From assembly GCA_028534125.1 (NCBI GenBank), contig CM052816.1, positions 83,516,001 through 83,580,000 on the forward strand: a stretch of DNA of 64,000 nt, written 5' to 3'. Origin of the DNA: Lama glama. Lineage: Eukaryota. The translations under genes and the position numbers were made by a program. This document shows, in pieces, positions 53,368 to 64,000 of this stretch (the first letter of the stretch is position 1; every line of letters starts with the position of its first letter). The notes beneath the pieces were generated by a model, which saw only the letters and a list, made by a program, of their open reading frames with translations, did no database searches and was not told the origin of the DNA.

Positions 53368-53782
53368 AGGACCCATGAACTTAGATGGCAAAAAGCTATT
53401 TTTTCTATTAATTCCTAACTGACATTTTCTATTTCTTTAAAATACAAATTCAGGCAAACACTGAATTACAATATTTATAACTGTCATCATTAGAAATCAC
53501 AGATATTTTCATATTGCATTATAATTCATGTATCATTCTAAAATATTCTTGACACCACTTTGAAAACAATGAAAAACCTACGACTTGAACTTTTTATTTA
53601 AACCATTAATAGGGGAACATATATTACTATGGTAAAATTTTATGTTTTGAAAAGTATAAAGATACATGCATTTATATAAAATTGATTTTGTTTGAGGTCT
53701 TAAAATATTACTTCAATAAGGGGTCTAGTCTTCTCCAGCCTGCCAAGGTCCAAGGCATAAAAAAAAATTATGAATTCCTCTA
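53368..53782. mobile_element. hAT-Charlie DNA transposon (Charlie4-like)
   Basis: aggacccatgaacttagatgg...agaaatcacagatattttcatatt...aaggggtctagtcttctccagcctgccaaggtccaaggcataaaaaaaaattatgaattcctc. Confidence 0.7.
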
Positions 53783-53891
53783 TAAGAAGCAACTGTATCT
53801 TAATTACAGTAAATCTCTTTATATATACACTAGATTAGTTCCCTTCAACCTACTCAAGGACACGATCCCAGTAATTTTTTCTGTTTCCTTC

Positions 53892-54257
53892 CATATTAGT
53901 CAGGGTTCTCCAGGGAAATTGGGGCAATCAGAGTTGGACTCATAAAGAGAGAGACAGAGAGAGTGAGAGAGACAGAGAGAGAGAGAGAGGGAGAGAGAGG
54001 GGGGGAGGGAGGGGCAGGCCTAGAGGCAAAATTATTTTCTCATAGGGGTATTTCAGAATGTTTTCCTTTTAAAGCCTTCAACTGATTTGATGAGGCCCAC
54101 CCACATTAGGGAGTATAATATGTTTTACTCAAAGTCTACTAATTTAAATACTAATCATGTCTGAAAAATACCTTCACAGCAACTTCTAGACTGATGTTTG
54201 ACCAAGTAACTGGGCAAAACAGACCAGTCAAGCTGCCACCTTAAATTAACCATCATA
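53892..54257 (-). mobile_element. MLT2 (ERVL) solo LTR with a (GA)n tract
   Basis: tattagtcagggttctccag ... gccttcaactgatttgatgaggcccacccacatt ... ccagtcaagctgccaccttaaattaaccatcata. Confidence 0.9.
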
Positions 54258-56484
54258 CCAGATTATGGTCTTTAGCACAAACAATACTGAAATTTCTCTC
54301 ATTTAAAAATATAACTGGTTCTGATCTGATTCTATTTTCCTTACCAACCACAAGTCCATTCCTCCGCTTTCCTTCTCTGGTAAGCTCCTTGAAAGAGTTG
54401 TGCACCTATGCTGTTTCCAAATTCTCTCCACATATTCTGTTATGAAGCCACCCTGGTCATGCTTTAACCTGACTCCAGCAAAAGTGCTCTTGTTGATGTA
54501 ATCAGTGACCTCAACTTTTCTAAATCCCGTGTGTTATTATCAGCCTTTATTTTACATGATCCATCAGCAGCATAAAATTTCACTGATATTTATATCTTCC
54601 TTGATAAGCTATCCTCCTTTTGCTTCCAGGACACTGTTTGTCTTGTTTGTTCTCCTAATGCTTATCTTCCTTCTATTTTTTTTTTATCTGTGACCTCATC
54701 ATATTGACTTCTGACACTTTCAGACCTTTTCTCTACTTCTTCATTGCAGTGGTTATCACATGCAAGCTCATGGTTTATAAGCCAATGACTCCCAAATATA
54801 ATCTCTAGTCCTTTTCACCTGAAATCCAGATTCATTAGTCTAAGTGCCTACTGTCTCATTTGGTACCTAATAGACTTTTAAAATTCTACATGTCTTAAAG
54901 TGTACTCTTCATACTCTCCCTCCAAATTTACTCTGCCTACCAACTTCTCTGTCTCAGTTGATGACAATTTCATTTTCCACATCTTTAGGCATCATTCTTC
55001 AAAGATTTGGTGTCATTCTTTATGGTACTTTTCCTTTATGCTAGACAATTTGGAAACATTTCTGGCTCTCCTTTTAAAATATAAACAGGATCCCATTACT
55101 TTTATCTCACTAATATCTCGCTGATCATCACTCTGATCCAAGTCTATCCTTGTTGCTAATCTGCATTACTGCATTGACTTCCTAAATGTTCTGCGTTCTA
55201 CCTTTGCCCTCATTCAGTCTATTCTTAACCAAGCATCCAGTGTGATTCCTTCAAGGTATGTAAAAATCATATTAATCCTCTGTTCAAAATCCTGCAACAG
55301 ATTCTCATTTAACTGTGAGTAAAAACATAATGTCCTTAAATTGGCTACAAGTACCTCTATGTGATTTGTCACCTGCTTCCTCTCTAACATCATTTTTTGC
55401 TTTCCAATAGCTCATTCCCTTCAAATCTTACGGAGATAGGTCAGTGGGAGTGATATTCTTGCTGTTCCTGGAAAAGCCAATAATACCTTGCTTAGGGCAT
55501 TTGCCCTGGTAGTCCATCTGCCTGGGACATATTTCCCCAGATTTCCTCATCACTCTTTTACCTCCAAGCACTGGCTCAAATATGCCCTTCTTTACAAGCC
55601 TCACTTCAACCTCCTTTTTGAAATTATAACCCACACCTCCAGCTTCTACGTGTAACATAACCTTATTATGGGTTTTCCTTTGACAAGGCATTTATCACCC
55701 TCTAGCACACTAAATAGTATACTTAATGTATCAACAGTGTAGTATATATCTCCCACTGATATAACACAAGCTTCACAAAAGTAACAAAATTGTCTTTTTT
55801 CTTTTCTTTCTTTCTCTTTCCTTCTTCCGCTTTCTCTTCTCCTTCTCCCCCTCCTCCTCCACCACTTTCTTCTTCTCATGTTTTCTTCACTGAATTATTT
55901 CAAACATTTGGAATAGACTCTGGTATAGTCAACAAATATTTGTTTAATAAAGGGAGCCATTCAACACATTTCCTCTTTCTATGAAATTATTTAGAACAAC
56001 CTTCCCTGTTTTAGTTAAAGAACTTAGTACTACTCGAGTGAGAAAGAAAAAAATTAAAAACTCAGCTGGATTTGGCTTTAAGTCTTCACTGTGTTATAAG
56101 CATTCATCTTATTGTACAATGGTGGTTTTAGCCATCTTATTCAATTTTTCAACATTCCTATCCTAAATTCAGATTGGTTTAACTTGACCAGAGTGAAAAT
56201 GATTAAGCTCTAATCAAAACAGCTATTAACAAAAACGTCCTCCACACTTTTTAAAAAAGAAATATTGATTTATCTCTAGGTAATCAGATTTATTAGGATA
56301 CAAAACATATTAATATTTTTCTCATTTTCTTGTTTTATTTTTTTTAACCTCTCAACTGCTTCTCTCCTATTCTTTCTCATTCTCATCTCAACTCCAAATG
56401 TCAGGTACATTTTCTTCACTAGAAGTAAACTCTCTGCTTCATCCTTCTTTAGGCCTTTCTTATTACAAAAAATTTAAAACATCA

Positions 56485-56695
56485 TTTTGGAGACAAATAG
56501 CATTGGTTCAGATCCTTAATGTGGCACAAATTAACTGCTTGGGAATGTGATATGATTAGTCTCTGCCTCAATCTCCTCATTTTCAAATTAGGAAAATAAG
56601 AGTATTTTAGAGTTTTTGTAGAAACTGAATTATTTTACACATCCAGTGTTTATAAATCAAGGTTTTGCACATGCTAAAAAGTAAGTATTAGCCCA
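56485..56695 (+). mobile_element. MIR SINE
   Basis: ggttcagatcct...tctctgcctcaatctcctcattttcaaattaggaaaataa...ttttgcacat. Confidence 0.6.
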
Positions 56696-57959
56696 CTTTA
56701 CTTCTTACATTCATAATTCTAGAGGATATTAATAGAAGTTATCAGTACATGGAAAATGTGTTAAAGTTAGTAGTTGAACAATTAAAATTCAATGACAACA
56801 TTTGGAAAACTCATTTTCTTCTGTATTTGTTCAGATAGAAAACTCATTGCATTAGATAGTTAAGGTCATTTCTTGGGTTAAAGAGTACTATATTTTACCA
56901 TGAGCTGACAGTTTGGAAGTTTATTTTGATCCTGAAAACCCATGTCTGTTACCAAAACAAATCAAAAACTTAATATTTTTTGCTGTACGTTTTTTCTAAA
57001 AGTAGAATATAAGCTTTCTTTCACTGATGTTGGCTTTTACATTTCTTCAAATTTACTTTTCTCATTTTTGTCACCTTCAGATTACAAAGTAATGTGAACT
57101 TGAAAGGTGAAATTTTTATTGAGTTTCTCTTTTACTATCATGGTTTTAAATAAAGAACTTTTCTTTGAAAGGGGGCATTTTTTAAACTAAATTCACTTTT
57201 GAAGTGTTTGATAGCATCCATTATTTGTGTTTTTGAGAGTTCACCAGAGACAACATGTGATGAGGAAATATCTCCCCTCCAAGCCCAGAGTACACACTCA
57301 GCTTCAGTCACCACATTTCATCTTCCAACTTAAAGGGGGCTAAATGTCATCTAAAACTACTCATACATTTGGAAAGACTTTGGAACTACTAAGATTTATC
57401 ACATATCAGTGGCATCTAGCATGTTATAGGACTTCTGCCCAACTTGCCCGTGTGCCGTCCAGCGGGAAAGAGCGTCTGCAAATATCTTGGCACCTGTTTT
57501 CTAGCTGCAATAAGCAGGGAATTAACATCTGCAAGGCAGAGATTACTCTCATGCATCATATTGAGATTTTTCACACACTTCTGTTATTGCTTCAGAAATA
57601 CCTCCCTTGTGACATATTCCATGAAGGAGCTAATAAATCTGCAGGCAGAAGACAAACTTGAAACACAGCAACTGCTGTTGAAAAGTAATTAATGATAACA
57701 TCTCCTTACCACTAAGCTTGCCAGATATTTTTAGCTCTTGATCAGGACACTCATGTACTATTTTTAAAAATTAGAGGTTTCCATTCATATTATCCCCTAA
57801 ATCACCTTATTCTATGTTATTAACCCCAAAACATGTTAGATCGTCAAATTAGAAAATGTTTGTAAATATTAAGAAAAAAGAAACTAAGTAGTTTATTGGA
57901 GTATAAATGACACTTATGCTTGAGCTTCCCATTTAAGAATATATGGTTTCATGTATTTT

Positions 57960-58020
57960 AAAAAAAAAGTTTTTTTTGGTGGGGAGGTAATTAGGCTTAC
58001 TTACTTAGTCATTTTTTAAA
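57960..58020 (-). mobile_element. Severely 5'-truncated camelid-type SINE tail (vic-1-like) with TSD
   Basis: tttttggtggggaggtaattaggcttacttactta resembles the reverse complement of the camelid SINE 3' end (taaataaacctaattacctcccc-polyA). Flanked by the 14-bp direct repeat gtttcatgtatttt (57946-57959 and 58021-58034). Confidence 0.7.
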
Positions 58021-58495
58021 GTTTCATGTATTTTTAAAATAATTGCTAAATTGATCTGTGAGTCTTCACCTGGTACCTTTTATTTTGGGGCTGGGGGCTG
58101 TTGAGTTTTAGGAGTGTGTGTGTATATGTAAATCAATCTGCATCAAGATAACCTGGCAATTTCCTTATTCCTTCAATGACTTCTTTGTATTATACAGAAA
58201 CTGTATTTTAGAAGCATTTGCCTTACTGGTGAAAAATAAACAAATACCTTGCTCCACATAGTATATAGAAAGGTGTTTTATATTCTTATTTTTGAAGGTA
58301 AAACCTCTTTCCTTAAGGTTAGAAAGTTCAAAGCCCTGGATCACAGGTGGTAAAGTGAACTAGACACATCTCTGAAATTTATTACAGGTCTAGTAGGTAT
58401 ATCTCTAGTTACCGAACATAAATGTGTTAGGTTCATTTTAAATACTAAATACCAAGGGGGTTATGAACACGTATTAGCATTAGTATTAGACAGCC

Positions 58496-58702
58496 AACAT
58501 TCACTGGGTGTGTATTAAGTGTCAGGCACTATTCCAAGCATTTTATATGTTAGCTCATGCAATTTTTACATCAATCTTAGAAGGTGAGTCCTATAATTAT
58601 TCCTTTTTTACAGTGCAAGGAATTGAAGTTCAGAGAGGTTAAATAAATTGCCTTAAAGTCATAAAGAAAATAAGCAGCAGAGCCTGGATCCAATGCCAGG
58701 AA
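58496..58702 (-). mobile_element. MIR SINE
   Basis: acattcactgggtgtgtattaagtgtcaggcactattccaagcattttatat...ttttacagtgcaaggaattgaagttcagagaggttaaataaattgcc...gcagagcctggat. Confidence 0.85.
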
Positions 58703-59528
58703 ATTTATGGAAATTTCATCACTATTCTAATTGTCATATTTCTTTTAAGTTTTTTTCAAGTAATAATAATAACTATAAAAATAACCTAAAGTAATATCAC
58801 ACATAGATAAAAGTGTTGGAAATCCTTAATCTTTTCTTTTCTCAGTGGAATCTTTTTAAGTCCCTTATTATCATAGTATGTGGATTTGCTAAGGATTTTT
58901 TAAATTGTTCATTTCATCGTGTCTTTGTTTTTGTTAATCAATGTAATTAAAATATATCATACTTAAAAAAGGGGGGATAGGTCAATACAGATAGCAAAAT
59001 TATTTATTTTTATATTCATTTTATATAGAGTTTAACTGTGGGTTTATGTTGTACAAAATAGTAATGTAATAAGTAATGAACTGTATTTAAATTTAAATTA
59101 AAATAATTTACATTAAATATATCATCAGTCTCTAGTTCCCAAAAGAAAAGCCCTACACTGTGAACAAGAATTATTGATATAGTTAGCATTTCTGAGTTCT
59201 TTGCATTAAAGAACACTTAGAGAAACCAAAATTTAAAAGTAAAAAGGTTTTGACTCTAGAAATTAATTTTAAATTGTTGTCTCCTAATGTAGATTCTGAA
59301 TACAAGCAAGAATTAAACTATTCAGATTCAATAAATTTATCCTGTAATCTGACAATCTGCTAAACTTGCCGCATCAATGCAATGCAAGTTTCCTTATGTT
59401 GTAATTGCTATAAACTCAATCTTCGTATGTTTTGCTTTCTCATGAAAAAGCAGGTCGTTGATGAATTTTAACTAGCACCATCTAAATTATTTAACAGCTT
59501 AAATTAAAGGGACAACTGATGCACGCAT

Positions 59529-59793
59529 TGTGCTGGTCTGCTCAGGCTGCCATAATAAAGTAATGTAGACAGGATGGCTTAAACAATGGAAATGTATTCT
59601 CCCCAAATTCTGGAGTCTGGAAGTCCAAGATCAAGGTGTCAGCAGTGTTAGTGCTGGTGAGGGGTATCTTCCTGACTTGGAGACGGCACCTTCTGTCTGT
59701 GACACATAGACTTTCAGAGAGAGAGAGAGAGCGAGAGAGAGCAAGAGCAAGTGAACTCTGGTGTTTCTTCTTCTTATAAGGACACCAATCCTG
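59529..59793 (-). mobile_element. MaLR LTR fragment (MLT1A/B-like) with a (GA)n tract
   Basis: ggtctgctcaggctgccataataaag...ggcttaaacaa...ttctggagtctggaagtccaagatcaaggtgtcagcag...cttataaggacaccaatcc. Confidence 0.85.
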
Positions 59794-59799
59794 ATGGAC

Positions 59800-60790
59800 T
59801 GCATGCTCTGTAAGGCTCTAGGCCCTGAAGATTCAGAGGGAAACAAGATCTACTGCCTTCAAGATGCTCACATTCTAATATGAGAAACACAGAACAAATA
59901 AATTACTTGTTTCCATAATGAAAGTATGGCAAGTTGGAATGTTAACCAAATAGCAAGGATGTTAGTTATAAACTTTATGAAGAAAATGACTTAAAAGTCA
60001 CAAATGTCACAGTGATGGGTCATATAGATAAGCCAGAATTCACAGGCAGATGAAAGATTCGAGTTCATGTCCCACTGTGTATTACAATTTGCACAAACTT
60101 GCATATAAATACAAATACTTCAGTATGGCTGGAACAATGAAGGGGATAGGAGAGAAAAGGCAGGAAGTAGTAAATGCCATATTTAGGTGCTTGTACTCAG
60201 TACAAGGAATCAATGAAAGGGTTTTCAACAGAGGAGTAACATTATCAGCCTTTTATATGTTGAAAATAACATGCATGATATTATCTAAACATGTGTTGGG
60301 GAGTGAAGATACTGGAAGTTTGGAGCCAAGAGGATTTTGCAGTAGTTTAAGGGTCATAAATTAAGAACAAACTAACACAATTATATACGTAACAGGGAAC
60401 AGAGGACAGAGTGAAATAATAGCTTGAGAAGGTAGATAAGCAACTTTTACTTAATAATTCACATGAGTTGAATCTCTTATCTGTGAGTGGTAGTTGTCGG
60501 TGTTCTTGTTATTGTTGTGTACATGTTTGTTGGGAGTCGGGATGGTTGTTTGTTAGCAGTTGTCCAAAATGGTGCACACTGAATTGCCTGATAACATACA
60601 CTATATGCACTAGTTAAAGGAAGAAGACTGGTTGGTATTATAGGTGCCTATGGATATGGACCTCAGAGGGGAGGTATGAGTCTGGTTTGAGGAAGAGGTA
60701 ACACTAGGTAGATGATTATGTACGAGATTGTTTAAAGAGTGATTACTGTATCATATGAGAGCTGATGATCAAAACCTAGAGCCAAGCAAC
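59800..60790 (-). mobile_element. Decayed L2 fragments
   Basis: ctaggccctgaagattcagaggg...ctgccttcaagatgctcacattcta; gtatggctggaaca...aatcaatgaaagggttttcaacagaggagtaacatt. Confidence 0.6.
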
Positions 60791-60809
60791 ATTTCAGCAG
60801 GAAACCGAG

Positions 60810-61535
60810 GAATAGTTGGCTAACTCAACACCCATTCCCAAATGACCTTTTTCTTGTCAACTTCACTGTTTCCACTGCTGCTAGGAATGGCTGATAAAAC
60901 AACCCTTACCACAGAAAAGAAAACCAGAACTTCTGGGAAGCTTCAAGGAAAGCTTTTACTTTCCTTGATGCAATGAAATGTTTTGCCGGTGCCATCTCCT
61001 TCTCCCTTCCTCCTGTGTTGATTATAAATAGGATGACTGAAGTTACAGGACAGACATTGAGAAAAAAGCCACAGAAATCATGAGATGCTGCCCTCATAGA
61101 TGTGAATTACTCAGTTATGAGGATGAATGCATTCTGGAGATCTGCTATCCAATATAGTGTCCATGTTACAGTTAATACTGTACATGCACTTAAAAAATAA
61201 CAAAGAAGGTAGATCTCACATTGTGTTCTTTCCCTTCTTGTCCTGTTCAGAAGGGTGGGGGCCTTAGGAATCTTTTGGAGGTGATGGATACATAGATACG
61301 TATTACCTCGATAGTTGTGATTGTTTCACAGGTGTATGCATATATCCAAACTGATGAAATTACATATATTAAATATGCGTAGTTTTTAAATCTCAATTAT
61401 ACTTCTGTAAAGGTATTTTTGAAAAGAATGCAAGCCACATACCTCATATTTTATTATACTGAGAAAATATAATACTTCTTTTTAAATCGCTTAGTGAAGT
61501 TCTCAGTCTCTTGAAGAACGATGTTTCTTATCTGC
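60810..61535 (+). mobile_element. MaLR LTR (MLT1J-like), interrupted by an L1 3' end
   Basis: cttctgggaagcttcaaggaaagcttttactttccttga...gccacagaaatcatgagatgctgcc. Resumes after 61425 with gagaaaatataatacttctttttaaatcgctt. Confidence 0.6.
61111..61425 (+). mobile_element. L1MB-like 3' UTR fragment
   Basis: cagttatgaggatgaatgcattctggagatctgct...gtagatctca...ggaggtgatggata...ttgtttcacaggtgtatgcatatatccaaact...tcaattatact. Confidence 0.8.
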
Positions 61536-64000
61536 CATAAGAAGTGAGAGGGGCGAAGAAGGGAAATTCAGAAACAGTCAAAATGTTAATATGCATTGTC
61601 AATTTTATACCAAGAAGAAATCAAGAAACAGCTACTCCAAATTGTTAACGGATATAAAAAGGAAAACATAATTTAATTTGTGAAAATTTGATGTTATCCT
61701 AAAATTTAGAAAAGATCCATTGACTATTCTAAATTTATTACAGATATCTCCTGTAATTACATAATAATTTCCAACTACTTTAAAAAGTGATACTAAGATC
61801 AATCTTTAATAAGTCAATCATTGAGTGAACATTATTTTTAAGGTTAAAAAGATACTCACTTTATTTTCCTTCCAAATTGGAAATAGACCCTTGAAGTTAT
61901 AAAAGTAATATATGTTCCTCAGGAAAAAAAAAAAAAACTCAGATCATATAGTTAAGTGAAAGTAAAATGGTAAAATATACCTAGCATTTCCACTACCAAA
62001 AAAAAGTCTGTTCATATTTTGGTACATGAACTTCCAGATTTTTCTCCTTTGGTTTACACATTATTTAACATACGGTGACACAGACATGGTATGTAGAAAT
62101 TAATGGGATACATGTAAAATAAAATTTTATAGAGAGACATTTTTGTTGTATAGTCAGCTGAGCGAGTAACATATTAGCTTTATTCTTATTTTTCCTCATT
62201 GCTTCCTTTTAAAATATATCTTTTTTATATTAATATATTTGGGAAACAAGAGTCTATGTGTTTTGGGTTCAAATTACTGAAGAAGGTAGATATACTACAG
62301 CATATTTAGTGGGGATTAGGTAACATTAAGTTAAATGATCAAACAAAAACAAATCCTGGCAGATATGAATAGACTGAGTTTGCTTTGAAGAAGATATATG
62401 CAACCTCAAAACTAAAGAGAAAAGCATGATTTTTATTTTCTTTCTTTTGCTTGCCACTGACTTATTATTTTAATACAAATTTATCTTAGAAATTGCATTA
62501 TTATTTAAATAATTTTTTAAAAAATTTCACTATGGCTCATAAGGAATTATGGTTTTGTTAAAATAATAAGAAATAATATTAAATTTTAAAAACTACATAT
62601 GGAGTATGCTAAGGAATTTGAAATATAATGGGGTAGATCTATGTATTTCATAATTTGTCTCTAGTGTGGTTTTTCCCCATCAACTTGGAACCATATAATG
62701 TTTATATGCATTTAATATCTGTATACCTCTGTATTTCTGATTTTACTGTGATCATGTAACAGTAAATATGGATCCAAGTTGTCAGCTCTTATGACTATGT
62801 AATGTTGCATTTATAGACATATCTTAACTTAAATAAGTAAAGTTTACTGCTCCATTAACATGACTTTATTTACCTTGTCAAGAGATTAGATATGCATTTT
62901 AGTTGCTTTAATTTTTGAAGATTACTGATATAGGTTACTTTACAAATAATATATTTTGTTAACATGTCCTCTTATTACATTGCTTTTTTAGATGTTAGAG
63001 TCATATCTGTTTTGTTTAAACAAAATAAGTAAATGAGAATGATCATTTGGTGATTTCACTCAGTTTAACAATTCCAGTGTCAATTTCTCCATATTTTTTC
63101 ATATATTCTTGCTTATAATCTGATTTAGCAAAGTATTGACAGAAAGTTCCATGTCAAGAGAGTAGACAGGTTTTGTGAGTAAAGAGAAAGATTAGTCTAT
63201 AAAGAGCTATATGGTTTTCAATTTTGTACCTGCTCTATCAAATACTATTAGAAATAAGACATGACTTATTTTTTTAGAACCATCTCATTTACCAAAAAAA
63301 CCCATAAAAAACAAAAAAAAACCCTTTGGTTTCATGGTAATTACTATATAAATAGCAGGTGAAAAATAAAAATGTAAACTGCAATACAGTAATGGATAAT
63401 ACTTCATTTCAAATATAAAATTTTATATACATAGCACTTAGCAATTTAATAAAAAATAGAAGTAGAAAAACATTTAGAAACAATCAAGTTACAAGGGTAT
63501 TTAATAAAATAAATGAATTAATCAGTCCAAGTAGAACATCTGGTTACCTCTGTTTAGAAACCATTACGCAGAGTTAATGCCTTTCCATTTTCTAATGTAC
63601 ATACTTAAGCTGTAAGTCCATTTGTTGTCAAAGGAAGTCCTCTTGGCCTAGCTGTGGTGCTGGATAAGTGTGGTCTTTGCTCTCTCTACTGCTGCGTTTA
63701 CAGATAGTATATTGATACATACAACTTTGACTCACCAAGGTCACATCTTACAGCAGGTAATAGGACTTTAGTTGGGTTTTCTCATGACAAGAAATGGATT
63801 TTTTCTTTACTCGTTTAGAAAAATCTGGATCAATGTCACCCAGATCTCAGAGGCACTAAACAGGCAAAAGTCAGCAGAAGGGATGGATGTCAAAAGCAAA
63901 AGTAGATATTTTAACAACATCTGCCTAGATTCTTCTGGCTATTCATTTACATGGGCAGTTAAGACAGCTCACATTATCAGTGCCCATGAAGTTTCAGAGA

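Larger units (their letters stand above)
52780..55950 (+). mobile_element. Long L2 (L2a-like) remnant, ~3 kb, interrupted by a Charlie element and an MLT2
   Basis: Colinear L2 ORF2/3' motifs: ggcaaaaccacactc, ctccttgaaagagttg, gtgctcttgttgatgtaatcagtgacctc, gccaatgactcccaaatata, ctctgttcaaaatcctgcaa, agggcatttgccc, and terminal gtcaacaaatatttgtttaataaa. Confidence 0.8.

Noticed and set aside
55646..55984. Arg-rich and Pro/Ser-rich ORFs
   Set aside because: Translations of a CT-rich simple tract embedded in the L2 3' end.

Overview
AT-rich mammalian non-coding DNA, most likely camelid (Tylopoda). The evidence is a camelid-type SINE tail with a 14-bp TSD at ~57.96 kb, a cetartiodactyl/camelid-type L1 3' end at ~51 kb and cetartiodactyl-type ERV1 solo LTRs; no Bov-A2/Bov-tA/BovB, PRE-1 or Alu was recognised. 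I find no credible protein-coding exon, RNA gene or CRISPR-like array. The only recognisable protein fragments are retroelement remnants: L1 ORF2 RT at 34.4 kb and a decayed ERVL integrase at 12.7-14.3 kb. The window is a mosaic of ancient eutherian repeats (MIR, L2, L3/CR1, old L1, MaLR/MLT1, MLT2, LTR33, LTR16/ERVL-int, hAT-Charlie) and younger lineage-specific LTRs. The most striking structure is five ERV1-type LTRs in ~3.2 kb (3372-6560), three of them nested like Russian dolls with readable TSDs. Smaller points are two direct-plus-inverted micro-duplications, a doubly truncated L1 fragment and a few repeat-free candidate conserved elements. Repeat family names come from recalled consensus resemblance, not a database search, and old-repeat boundaries are approximate. 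I see no support for a new biological system.
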